Source: a bacterium (lineage in GTDB: Bacteria; JAJRZV01). Taken from it: a stretch of DNA of 49,265 bases. The stretch spans positions 1 through 49,265 of the forward strand of contig JAJRZV010000065.1 in NCBI GenBank assembly GCA_024275095.1. The letters are read 5' to 3'. Numbering within the stretch: the first letter of the stretch is position 1; each line of letters begins with the position of its first letter. Of this stretch, positions 20,285-28,933 are shown piece after piece. The notes beneath the pieces were generated by a model. The model was not told the DNA's origin. It ran no database searches and saw only the letters and a program-made list of their open reading frames with translations. The translations under genes were made by a program, and so were the position numbers.

Positions 20285-20976
20285 TAATTCTCTTAGCGGT
20301 TCTTATTTCCGGATGTGCCAGATACAAGGCAGAAGACGCCATGCTGAAAAGCATCCAGGAGAAAATGTCAGAAATGAACCAGCGAATGGAATCCCTTAGG
20401 CTAAAGCTCAAAGACCTTGAAGATGCAATTTTTATCCTCAACGACCGGGTAAAGGAAATGGAAAACAAGCAGGCCTTGCTTCAAAATCAACTTCAACGCA
20501 TTAAGGAGCACATGCTTGCATCCACACAACACCCGAAACAAAAGAAAGTGCAGGGCTCGAAACCGTCTTCGTCCCTCTCTGCTGCCAGCAAAAAAATCAT
20601 GTCCCCGGAGAATCTATATCGACGTGCATACGACCTCATCATGTCCACCAAATACGACAAGGCCATAAAACTGCTGCTGGAATTTCTTCAGGATTTTCCT
20701 CAACATTCACTTGCAGACAATGCTGCATACTGGTTGGGAGAGTGTTATTACACCCAAAAAGATTATGAAAGTGCACTCAACTATTTTCTCATGGTGATCG
20801 AAGACTATCCAAACGGTAACAAGGTGCCTGATGCTCTTCTCAAACTCGCTTACACGTATGAAAAACTGGGCAATATGGAAAAATCAAAATTTTATCTACA
20901 CAAGCTGCTCACAGAATTTCCTTTTTCTGAACCGGCAGAAAAGGCTAAAATTAAACTAAAAAAGAAGACACAGTGA
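20263..20976 (+). CDS. cpoB: Tol-Pal associated TPR protein CpoB/YbgF (lipoprotein)
   Basis: Lipobox ISGC, coiled coil, LADNAAYWLGECYY, YPNGNKVPDALLKL. Confidence 0.92.
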   Translation: MQNQRILIILLAVLISGCARYKAEDAMLKSIQEKMSEMNQRMESLRLKLKDLEDAIFILNDRVKEMENKQALLQNQLQRIKEHMLASTQHPKQKKVQGSKPSSSLSAASKKIMSPENLYRRAYDLIMSTKYDKAIKLLLEFLQDFPQHSLADNAAYWLGECYYTQKDYESALNYFLMVIEDYPNGNKVPDALLKLAYTYEKLGNMEKSKFYLHKLLTEFPFSEPAEKAKIKLKKKTQ

Positions 20977-20986
20977 GGTGAGGGTA

Positions 20987-22099
20987 ATGGTGAAAATCAA
21001 AAAAGCAATCTTATATATGAGCTTTATATTCGCGTCAGCAGCTTTGGGACAGATGGCGTCCGGACCCGTCTACATTGTCAAACGCGGAGACACGCTGTGG
21101 AACATTGCGGAGAGATTTCTCAATAATCCCTGGCTGTGGCCCAAGATCTGGGAACAGAACAAATATATTGAGAACCCTCATCTCATATTTCCCGGTGATC
21201 CCATTGTGCTGCCTGCCGAGGTGAAACCTGCTGTGGCGGCTGCTCCCGCTCCCGCGACTCAACCTGCTGCAGCCGCTGTGACAGCTCCTGCTCCTGCCAA
21301 AGTGGCAGCAGCTCCAGAAAAAGTCCCGGCAAAGGAAGCCCGGGCACCCTCACCGGTGGCCGTAGAGGTGGCAAAGCCTGCGTATGTATCCATACCCCAT
21401 GGATTCGTGGGAGAAGTCTTCAATTATCCTGCACGAAATTACCTGTCCTACCTGGCACCCACGAGACCGGAACCTGAAGGACGAATACTGGAAGCATGTG
21501 ATGAAATGAAGGGAATTCTGGGCGAAGGGGATACGGTGTACATCACATTTCGCGCGGGTGCGTCTCCCCAGGTGGGAAAGTTATATTACATCGTGCGTGT
21601 GGAAGATGAAGTCAGCCATCCGATAACACACAAAAAAATCGGATACAAAGTGAGAAAAGTCGGCCTGTTGAAGGTAACATCCCTCGAAGGCGAAATCAGC
21701 CGGGGCATAATCGAACAGTCGTATTATGAAATACAGCGAGGAGACCTTCTCGTTCCATACACCTCTCTGGGAGCTACCGTAACCATTACGAAGACAGAAC
21801 GTCCGCTAAAGGGTTACATTATCGCCTCCCCTGAATGGCGCAGGATATACGGTGAAGGTGACGTGGTATACATAGACCTCGGAAGCAACCAGGGTGTTCG
21901 AGAGGGCAACCTTTTTCTCGTGTACAGACCCGGAAAAACCGTTTACGATCCGCTAAACAAACGCAAAAGCATTCTTCCTGCGGAAGTAGTGGGAAAATTA
22001 GTGGTTCTCAAGACTTACGACAACATGTCCGTGGCGCTCATAACACGAAGCAAGACCGAGCTCGAAATTCCAGAGCACATCATGTCTGATTTTTATTAA
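20987..22099 (+). CDS. LysM peptidoglycan-binding protein (TsaP-like)
   Basis: Signal peptide, YIVKRGDTLWNIA..PWLWPKIW..N.YIENPHLIFPGD, Ala/Pro linker, GDVVYIDLG..QGV..G. Confidence 0.85.
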   Translation: MVKIKKAILYMSFIFASAALGQMASGPVYIVKRGDTLWNIAERFLNNPWLWPKIWEQNKYIENPHLIFPGDPIVLPAEVKPAVAAAPAPATQPAAAAVTAPAPAKVAAAPEKVPAKEARAPSPVAVEVAKPAYVSIPHGFVGEVFNYPARNYLSYLAPTRPEPEGRILEACDEMKGILGEGDTVYITFRAGASPQVGKLYYIVRVEDEVSHPITHKKIGYKVRKVGLLKVTSLEGEISRGIIEQSYYEIQRGDLLVPYTSLGATVTITKTERPLKGYIIASPEWRRIYGEGDVVYIDLGSNQGVREGNLFLVYRPGKTVYDPLNKRKSILPAEVVGKLVVLKTYDNMSVALITRSKTELEIPEHIMSDFY

Positions 22100-22117
22100 A
22101 TTCCAAATTCTTATCCT

Positions 22118-23227
22118 ATGCTGGAAATTCGAGGACTTCCTCTCAAAAAGGCCTGGAAGGTATTTCTCCGGCTCCAGCGGCGCATTTACAGAAACGATTC
22201 CAACTGGGTGCCCCCTCTCGTTTCCGACAGAAAGAAATTCTTAAATCCAGAAAAAAATCCTTTTTTCGAACATGCAACAGCGGAAGCCTTTGCGGTATAT
22301 GACGATGCTGAACCCGTGGGAATGCTTTTCGCATTTGTGGACCACGATTACGTAGACTTTCATAACGAAAAGGCTGCACATTTTGGCTTCTTCGAGTGCG
22401 AAGATAATCCAGAGGCAGCAGCTCTTTTAATGGAAGCAGCCGAAGAATTAGCCAGAAAAAACGGAATGAAAGTCGTGAGAGGCCCCTATAATTTCTCCAC
22501 GAATCATGAATGCGGCCTTCTCGTAGACGGATTCGACGGTCCTCCAGTAATTCTCATGACTTACAATCCTCCGTATTACCGCACCCTTCTGGAAAACCTT
22601 GGCTACACCAAAGCCATGGACCTGCTGGCATATTACATTGAAGCACGCCCTGTTCCCGAGGGTTTGAAAGAAGCGGTGCATCGCGTACAGCAGAAGAAAA
22701 AAATCACCGTGCGTAATCCCTCAATGAAACGTTTCAATGAGGAGTTGGAAATAATTAAATTAATTTATAACGATGCGTGGAGTCGCAACTGGGGATTCGT
22801 GCCGTTGAGGGACAATGAATTCAACTTTATTGCGAAAGATTTAAAATTCGTACTCGATCCAGAACTTGTATTTATCGCAGAGATAGAAGGCGAGCCTGCA
22901 GGTTTCGCTCTCTCTCTTCCTGACTTTAATCAGGTTCTCATTCACATGAACGGGCGCTTATTCCCCTTAGGTGTATTCAAAGCTCTTTACTACCGCAAAC
23001 GCATAAACCTTCTGCGCGTGTTCGCTCTGGGAGTAAGAAAACAGGATCAGGATGTGGGATTGGGCGCTGTACTCTATTTTCACACGTGGGAGGCCGCTCT
23101 CAAAAAGGGATACAAAGGAGCGGAAATGTCCTGGATATTAGAAGATAATGAGCCTATGAGAAGAGGCATAGAGCTCGCAGGGGGACGGGTTTACAGAACT
23201 TATCGAATCTACGAAAAACAGGTTTGA
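22118..23227 (+). CDS. GNAT-family N-acetyltransferase (YghO-like)
   Basis: NWVPPL, NPFFEHA, FGFFEC, YNPPYY, AWSRNWGFVP, EMSWILEDN. Confidence 0.85.
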   Translation: MLEIRGLPLKKAWKVFLRLQRRIYRNDSNWVPPLVSDRKKFLNPEKNPFFEHATAEAFAVYDDAEPVGMLFAFVDHDYVDFHNEKAAHFGFFECEDNPEAAALLMEAAEELARKNGMKVVRGPYNFSTNHECGLLVDGFDGPPVILMTYNPPYYRTLLENLGYTKAMDLLAYYIEARPVPEGLKEAVHRVQQKKKITVRNPSMKRFNEELEIIKLIYNDAWSRNWGFVPLRDNEFNFIAKDLKFVLDPELVFIAEIEGEPAGFALSLPDFNQVLIHMNGRLFPLGVFKALYYRKRINLLRVFALGVRKQDQDVGLGAVLYFHTWEAALKKGYKGAEMSWILEDNEPMRRGIELAGGRVYRTYRIYEKQV

Positions 23228-23242
23228 CGGTTTGTATCCCTC

Positions 23243-23271
23243 TTGACGCGCTGTCGGGAAGCTGCTACGTT
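23243..23271 (+). promoter_or_regulatory. Putative sigma70 promoter of trxA
   Basis: TTGACG-17 nt-TACGTT with extended TGn; SD AAGGAGG downstream. Confidence 0.55.
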
Positions 23272-23309
23272 ATTCTGCAGTAATTTATGTACTACAAGGA
23301 GGCTGGAGA

Positions 23310-23636
23310 ATGGTACTTCACGTAGGTGATGGAGATTTTGAGAAGGAAGTCATTAACTCAGACATTCCTGTAATGGTGGATTTTTGGGCCACATGGTGCG
23401 CTCCATGCCGGGCAATTGAGCCAATAATAGAGAAACTTGCTCAGGAATACGAAGGAAAAGTGAAATTTTGCAAAGTGAACGTAGACGAGAGCAGGAAACT
23501 TCCTCTTGAATACAGTATTCGTTCCATACCCACCCTTCTCTTTTTCAAAAACGGAAGGGTTGTCAACTCCATCATCGGAGCCGTTCCGCCGTCCGAGATA
23601 AAAAAGGTTCTGGAGAATTTGCTCGGCGCGTCATAA
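23310..23636 (+). CDS. trxA: Thioredoxin
   Basis: VDFWATWCAPCR, IRSIPTL; 108 aa. Confidence 0.97.
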   Translation: MVLHVGDGDFEKEVINSDIPVMVDFWATWCAPCRAIEPIIEKLAQEYEGKVKFCKVNVDESRKLPLEYSIRSIPTLLFFKNGRVVNSIIGAVPPSEIKKVLENLLGAS

Positions 23637-23726
23637 ACTTCACCCCAAAATTCAAATGAACCTTTTGGAGAAAATTACTTATTACGTTGCAGTCCAACGT
23701 TAATTGAGATTTACACAGGGGAATTC

Positions 23727-23756
23727 TTGACGTTTTTAATAAGGTAATGTTATTGT
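23727..23756 (+). promoter_or_regulatory. Putative (near-)leaderless promoter of the sulfur cluster
   Basis: TTGACG-18 nt-TATTGT with TGn, 8 nt before ATG 23765. No SD. Confidence 0.5.
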
Positions 23757-23764
23757 CCTGTATC

Positions 23765-24241
23765 ATGATGAAACTAACCACGGAGGCGAAGTACGCAGTG
23801 CTTGCGCTCCTCGACATGGCACTTTACAGCGATGAAGGTCATACAACCCTTGCAGAAATCGCTGCGCGTCAGGGCATACCTCTACGATTCTTAGAGCAAA
23901 TTTTTCACAAACTTAAAAAAGCAGGAATTGTTCATGCACGCAGAGGTCCAGGTGGAGGATATGCCTTCAGCCGTGCCACATCTCAAATCACCGTGGGTGA
24001 TGTAATAGAGGCCATCGAAGGGCCCATATCTCTTTCCGGATGCCACGTGGCAAGCGAACAGAGCCTGCGTTCATGTGCCATCTCAGACAGGTGTTTGACC
24101 GACTTTCTCTGGGCCGAACTCGGCAAAATGATCAGCAATTTCTTCGATTCCATTACTATTGAAGATCTGTGCGAGAAACGTAAGCGCATCAAGGCTCCAC
24201 TTGCCGGTGATAGCAGCAAGGGTGGAGTGGAATGCGCTTGA
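23765..24241 (+). CDS. Rrf2-family transcriptional regulator (IscR/CymR-like, three Cys)
   Basis: KYAVLALLD, FLEQIF, RGPGGGY, ITVGDVIEAIEG, C-x10-C-x5-CLTDFLW. Confidence 0.93.
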   Translation: MMKLTTEAKYAVLALLDMALYSDEGHTTLAEIAARQGIPLRFLEQIFHKLKKAGIVHARRGPGGGYAFSRATSQITVGDVIEAIEGPISLSGCHVASEQSLRSCAISDRCLTDFLWAELGKMISNFFDSITIEDLCEKRKRIKAPLAGDSSKGGVECA

Positions 24242-24258
24242 AGTAAGGAGGTGCCCCC

Positions 24259-25518
24259 ATGGGATTTGTAAAAGGCTTGCGTTGTAGAGAATGCGGGAAA
24301 GAATTTCCCAACGAGCCATTGCACGTGTGCGATATGTGTTTTGGACCGCTGGAGGTGGTCTACGATTATCAGCGTATTCGGGAGCACCTCAACCGTAAAG
24401 TCATTGCCAAACGCCCCCACAACATGTGGCGGTACAAGGAACTTCTGCCGCTGGACGGCGAACCGACTGTCGGACTGGAGGTAGGCTGGACACCTCTCAT
24501 TCGAGCTCACAATCTCGAACGATATCTGGGCGCCAAGGAAATATACATCAAAAATGATGCGGTAAACCATCCGTCACTCTCTTTCAAAGACCGTGTGGTC
24601 GCAGTGGCCCTATCCAAAGCCAAAGAATTCGGTTTCACCACTGTGGCCTGTGCCTCCACCGGCAATCTTGCCAATTCAGTGGCATCCAATGCTGCAAGTG
24701 CGGGGCTTGAAAGCTTTGTATTCATTCCGTACGACCTGGAGGAAACCAAGATCACAGGAACGTTAATCTATGGCTCGCAGGTCATTGCCATACGAGGAAC
24801 ATATGACGAGGTTAACCGCCTCAGCAGTGAAATTGCAGGTAAATACGGGTGGGCATTTGTAAACATTAACATCCGTCCTTATTATGCCGAAGGTTCCAAG
24901 ACCTTTGCTTTTGAGCTGGTTGAACAACTTGGCTGGAAAGCACCCCTTCATATTGTGGTGCCCATGGCAGGCGGGTCTCTCATTACAAAGATATGGAAAG
25001 CCATCCGCGAAATGAAGGAAGTTGGTCTCATCGACAAGTTCAATACAAAAGTATACGGAGCCCAGGCCACCGGATGTGCACCCATCACGACCGCTGTAAA
25101 GGAAGGCAGGGAACTCTTCAAGCCTGTCAGACCTAACACCATAGCAAAGTCCCTGGCCATTGGTAATCCTGCTGACGGTTACTACGCCATTAAAGCCATC
25201 AACGAGAGCGGCGGCTGGGCAGAAGACGTGAGTGATGAGGAGATTATTGAAGCAATGAAAATCCTGGCGCGCACTGAAGGGATATTTACAGAAACAGCAG
25301 GAGGAGTAACGCTTGGAGTGGCCATCAAACTCATGCAACAGGGCAAGCTACCCAAGGATGAACCCATTGTTATCAGTATCACCGGGAACGGACTCAAAAC
25401 CCAGGAGGCCCTGCAGGGGCACCTGGATACTCCACTCACCATAAATGCTAAGCTGGACGAGTTCGATGCCCTTTTAAAAGACATCAAGAGACAAAAAAAG
25501 GGTGCCTCTGCTTCCTGA
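24259..25518 (+). CDS. Threonine synthase-like PLP enzyme (possibly a carrier-dependent sulfhydrylase)
   Basis: N-terminal CRECG..CDMC Zn ribbon, SFKDR PLP lysine, CASTGNLA, AKSLAIGNPADG, ITGNGLKT. Confidence 0.88.
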   Translation: MGFVKGLRCRECGKEFPNEPLHVCDMCFGPLEVVYDYQRIREHLNRKVIAKRPHNMWRYKELLPLDGEPTVGLEVGWTPLIRAHNLERYLGAKEIYIKNDAVNHPSLSFKDRVVAVALSKAKEFGFTTVACASTGNLANSVASNAASAGLESFVFIPYDLEETKITGTLIYGSQVIAIRGTYDEVNRLSSEIAGKYGWAFVNINIRPYYAEGSKTFAFELVEQLGWKAPLHIVVPMAGGSLITKIWKAIREMKEVGLIDKFNTKVYGAQATGCAPITTAVKEGRELFKPVRPNTIAKSLAIGNPADGYYAIKAINESGGWAEDVSDEEIIEAMKILARTEGIFTETAGGVTLGVAIKLMQQGKLPKDEPIVISITGNGLKTQEALQGHLDTPLTINAKLDEFDALLKDIKRQKKGASAS

Positions 25519-25524
25519 AGGGGA

Positions 25525-26487
25525 ATGGGTTTGGAAACGCTGAAAGCTCACAACATCATCACGCGTGAAGAGTATGAGGCTCTGAAAAGGAGGTCAGTAC
25601 TGGAGCTTATCGGCAGCACCCCCATGGTAGAATTGAAGAAAATACGGGCTTATACAGGCGTTAAGGGACGTATTTTCGCCAAGTTGGAAAGTTACAATCC
25701 CGGCGGTTCTGTCAAAGACCGTCCGGCCATTCGAATGATCGAACAGGGTATACTTTCGGGCGAGCTTACACGTGATAAAGTCATCCTGGATTCCACCTCG
25801 GGCAACACCGGAATCGCTTATGCCATGATCGGGGCGGTGCTGGGAATTCCTGTGGAACTCTGTGTGCCAGCCAATGTTACCGAGGAAAGAAAAAAAATTC
25901 TTAAGGCCTTTGGAGCCAAGGTCATTTACACCGACCCGATGGAAGGTTCTGATGGTGCCATCAAGGAGGCTCAAAGATTGTACCAGACCTATCCCGAGCG
26001 GTATTTCAAACCCGACCAGTACAACAATCCTGAAAATGCAATGGCTCACTATCTCGGCACAGCCGAGGAGGTCATTCATCAAAGTGACGGAAAGGTCACC
26101 CATTTTGTTGCAGGTCTTGGAACAACCGGCACACTTATGGGTACAGGAAGAAGATTAAAGGAGTTCCGCAAGGACATTCAGATTATCGCTGTGGAACCAT
26201 CATGCCCCCTTCACGGAATCGAGGGGTTGAAACACATGGAAAGTTCAATAGTTCCGGGACTGTATGATCCTGGATTTCCAGATAGAACAATATTCGTGGA
26301 TACTGAAGATGCGTACGAATGGGTGAGAAAAATTTCTGAACTGGAAGGTATCTTTGCGGGTGCATCTTCAGGTGCCGCTCTTGCAGCAGCGGTAGAGGTG
26401 GCCAGGGAGTCCAGGGATGCATATGTGGTAACAATTTTTCCCGACGGAGGGGACCGCTATCTCAGCACACGAATCTGGAGCGCGTAA
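25525..26487 (+). CDS. Cysteine synthase family PLP enzyme (CysM-like)
   Basis: KLESYNPGGSVKDR, STSGNTGI, GLGTTGT, PDGGDRYLS. Confidence 0.93.
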   Translation: MGLETLKAHNIITREEYEALKRRSVLELIGSTPMVELKKIRAYTGVKGRIFAKLESYNPGGSVKDRPAIRMIEQGILSGELTRDKVILDSTSGNTGIAYAMIGAVLGIPVELCVPANVTEERKKILKAFGAKVIYTDPMEGSDGAIKEAQRLYQTYPERYFKPDQYNNPENAMAHYLGTAEEVIHQSDGKVTHFVAGLGTTGTLMGTGRRLKEFRKDIQIIAVEPSCPLHGIEGLKHMESSIVPGLYDPGFPDRTIFVDTEDAYEWVRKISELEGIFAGASSGAALAAAVEVARESRDAYVVTIFPDGGDRYLSTRIWSA

Positions 26488-26489
26488 CC

Positions 26490-26903
26490 ATGGGAATTGT
26501 TATAGATGGAGAGAGCCTTCGAATCATGCAAGAGCACGCCCTCAAAACCTATCCGTATGAATGTTGTGGAGCGCTTCTGGGTCTCGATGGTGAAGTTAAA
26601 GAGGCTCTACCTCTTCAAAACGTGGAAGAGGAAAATCCACGCCGCCGTTTTCAAATAGACCCGAAGGATTTTATGTATATAGAAAACAGGGCCCGTGAAC
26701 TGAGATTGCAACTGCTGGGTATCTATCACTCCCACCCTGATCATCCTGCGCGCCCTTCGGATTTTGACCTTTCCATGGCGTGGGAGGGATTATCGTATGT
26801 AATACTTTCAGTAAGTGAAGGCAAGGTAGAAGATGTGCGATCTTTCCGCCTGAAAAAAGGCGGAGGAGGGTTTGTGGAAGAAGACATTCAATTCAAAACT
26901 TAA
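26490..26903 (+). CDS. JAB/MPN+ (Mov34, Mec-like) metalloprotease
   Basis: YPYECCG plus an intact JAMM motif YHSHPDHPARPSDFD. Confidence 0.93.
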   Translation: MGIVIDGESLRIMQEHALKTYPYECCGALLGLDGEVKEALPLQNVEEENPRRRFQIDPKDFMYIENRARELRLQLLGIYHSHPDHPARPSDFDLSMAWEGLSYVILSVSEGKVEDVRSFRLKKGGGGFVEEDIQFKT

Positions 26904-26919
26904 AAATAGGAGGTTGGTG

Positions 26920-27438
26920 ATGGCTGTGAAAGTAAGAATTCCCACACCCCTGAGGAACCTCACAGAAGGCAAGGATGAGGTCACAATTGAAGGAAGCACA
27001 GTAAGAGAAGTGCTGGAGAATCTTGAAAAAGCACATCCTGGCATAAAGGAAAGGCTTTTCGACGAAAACGGCAACCTGCGACGTTTTGTAAACCTGTTCC
27101 TCAACGATGAGGATATCCGCTTCCTGAAGGAACTGGATACAGCACTCAAAGATGGTGACATACTCTCCATCGTTCCAGCCATAGCAGGCGGAGTGGAGGT
27201 GAAAAAAAAAATCTATCTCACATATCCTCCTGAACTGGTAAAAGAACCCATCATCTGGAAGGCAGGGCAAATGTTCCGCATTGTAACGAACATTCGCTCT
27301 GCCTCTGTTAAAAAAGACGTGGGACTGGTGGCTCTGGAGATAGACGGGGATGAAGAGGAAGTAAACAAGGCCCTGCGGTGGTTCGAAGATCAGGGTATCA
27401 AAGTAGAACCCATTGAACAGGATGTTGTGGAGGGTTGA
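26920..27438 (+). CDS. MoaD/ThiS/CysO-like ubiquitin-fold sulfur carrier fused in frame to a NIL domain
   Basis: MAVKVRIPTPLR..RFVNLFLNDEDIR..SIVPAIAGG (GG at 27187-27192) continues without a stop into LTYP..VKEPII..TNIRSA..G.VALEIDG..ALRWF..QGIKVEP. SD AGGAGG. Confidence 0.9.
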   Translation: MAVKVRIPTPLRNLTEGKDEVTIEGSTVREVLENLEKAHPGIKERLFDENGNLRRFVNLFLNDEDIRFLKELDTALKDGDILSIVPAIAGGVEVKKKIYLTYPPELVKEPIIWKAGQMFRIVTNIRSASVKKDVGLVALEIDGDEEEVNKALRWFEDQGIKVEPIEQDVVEG

Positions 27439-27492
27439 GTTCCCGATTGATTTTTGATCTGGACAAGCCTCAGTTGGTGTGAAACCGTATCT

Positions 27493-27735
27493 ATGAAAAA
27501 AGAGAACAAAAAGCACGTGATAGAGGCACGCGGCACAGTATGCCCCATGCCAATTATAAAACTTTCGCAGAAGATGGCCTTGCTTTCGCCCGGAGAGGTT
27601 GTGGAGCTCATGGCTACAGACCCGGGAGTTCTGGAAAACGTTCCGGCGTGGTGTCAAAGCACCGGGCATGAATGTATAGAAGTGAAACGGGTTGAAGATT
27701 ACTACGTGGCGGTTGTGCGCAAAAAGGAGGTCTAA
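27493..27735 (+). CDS. tusA: TusA/SirA-family sulfurtransferase
   Basis: ARGTVCPMPII (CPxP), ATDPG, VPAWCQSTGH. Confidence 0.92.
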   Translation: MKKENKKHVIEARGTVCPMPIIKLSQKMALLSPGEVVELMATDPGVLENVPAWCQSTGHECIEVKRVEDYYVAVVRKKEV

Positions 27736-27736
27736 G

Positions 27737-28894
27737 ATGCTGAATTTTCACGGTGGCAGACAGGTAGAAAAACTCGTGTCTGAGGAAAAACGTGAGTCGT
27801 TGTTAAAAGATATAGAAAAACATCCCGCTTTAGAAGTCGATGAGGCATTCCTGTGCGATATTGAAATGATGGCTACCGGAGCGCTCTCTCCTGTAGGGGA
27901 GTCCATGAAAAAGGAGGACTATCAAAGCGTACTTTCAGAAATGCGACTCTCTGACGGTGTGCTCTGGCCTTTCCCCATTGTCGTGAGAGTGAGCGCAGAG
28001 GATGTCGAACGTTTTAAAAAAGTGGATACATTGCGTCTGGTCCACAAGGGAAAATGCTACGCACTTCTTCATGTGGAAGACATCTATTCCTACAATCGTG
28101 AAGAAGAGGCGCTTCGGGTGTACGGTACAACCAGCACTGAGCATCCCTCGGTAAAACGCCTCGTAGAAGCTGGAAGTTACATCATCGCCGGCCCTATTGA
28201 TGTGCTCCGGCGACCCCTGGAAACTCTTTTTCCGGAGCACAACCGGACGCCGTCACAGTTGCACCAGCTCATCATTCAAAAAGGCTGGAAAACGGCCGTG
28301 GGGTTTCAGACACGCAATCCCATACATCGGGCACATGAGTACATTCAGAAATGTGCTCTTGAAATTGTAGATGGTCTTATCGTCAATCCGCTGGTAGGCC
28401 TTACCAAAAAAGATGATATTCCCGCTGATGTACGCATGAGATGCTATGAGGTACTTCTTGAAAATTACTATCCCGAAGAACGCGTGATACTTTCCATCTA
28501 TCACGGTGCCATGAGATATGGTGGTCCCAGAGAGGCTGTGTTTCATGCCATCACGCGTAAAAACTACGGATGTACGCATTTTATCGTTGGACGTGATCAT
28601 GCGGGCGTTGGCAATTTTTACGGTCCGTACGATGCCCAGAAAATTTTTGACACCATCGACTCTTCTGAGCTGGGTATTACCCCTCTCTTTTTTGAAAACA
28701 GCTTTTACTGCCGTCGGTGTGGTGGAATGGCCTCTTTCAAGACCTGTCCCCACGACGGAGAAGGAGACCGCCTTGTATTCAGCGGCACACGCGTGAGGGA
28801 AATGCTCTCGAGGGGGGAGGTTCCTCCACCTGAATTCAGCCGACCGGAAGTGATATCGATTCTTCTGGAATATTACCAAAGTAAAAACTCATAA
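27737..28894 (+). CDS. sat: Sulfate adenylyltransferase (ATP sulfurylase)
   Basis: FQTRNPIHRAHEY, RYGGPREA, HFIVGRDHAGVG, SGTRVREML, PPEFSRPEV. ATG 27737 after AAGGAGG. Confidence 0.98.
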   Translation: MLNFHGGRQVEKLVSEEKRESLLKDIEKHPALEVDEAFLCDIEMMATGALSPVGESMKKEDYQSVLSEMRLSDGVLWPFPIVVRVSAEDVERFKKVDTLRLVHKGKCYALLHVEDIYSYNREEEALRVYGTTSTEHPSVKRLVEAGSYIIAGPIDVLRRPLETLFPEHNRTPSQLHQLIIQKGWKTAVGFQTRNPIHRAHEYIQKCALEIVDGLIVNPLVGLTKKDDIPADVRMRCYEVLLENYYPEERVILSIYHGAMRYGGPREAVFHAITRKNYGCTHFIVGRDHAGVGNFYGPYDAQKIFDTIDSSELGITPLFFENSFYCRRCGGMASFKTCPHDGEGDRLVFSGTRVREMLSRGEVPPPEFSRPEVISILLEYYQSKNS

Positions 28895-28933
28895 TATTTT
28901 GGTTTTTAAAACTTCCCTCAAGGAGGATGGTAC

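Noticed and set aside
21228-21360. GCT/CCT-rich quasi-repeats, also at about 18360-18700
   Set aside because: They encode Ala/Pro and Pro/Lys linkers; there is no fixed repeat-spacer structure, so not CRISPR or a tandem array.
27202-27211. A10 run as a phase-variation or frameshift switch in the Ubl::NIL gene
   Set aside because: It encodes KKK in frame and similar A-runs occur in other Lys-rich genes here. It lies after the GG, so slippage would not unmask it. Kept only as a sequencing caveat.
27737-28894. sat as evidence of dissimilatory sulfate reduction
   Set aside because: No aprAB, qmo or dsr genes in the window, and the context is biosynthetic.
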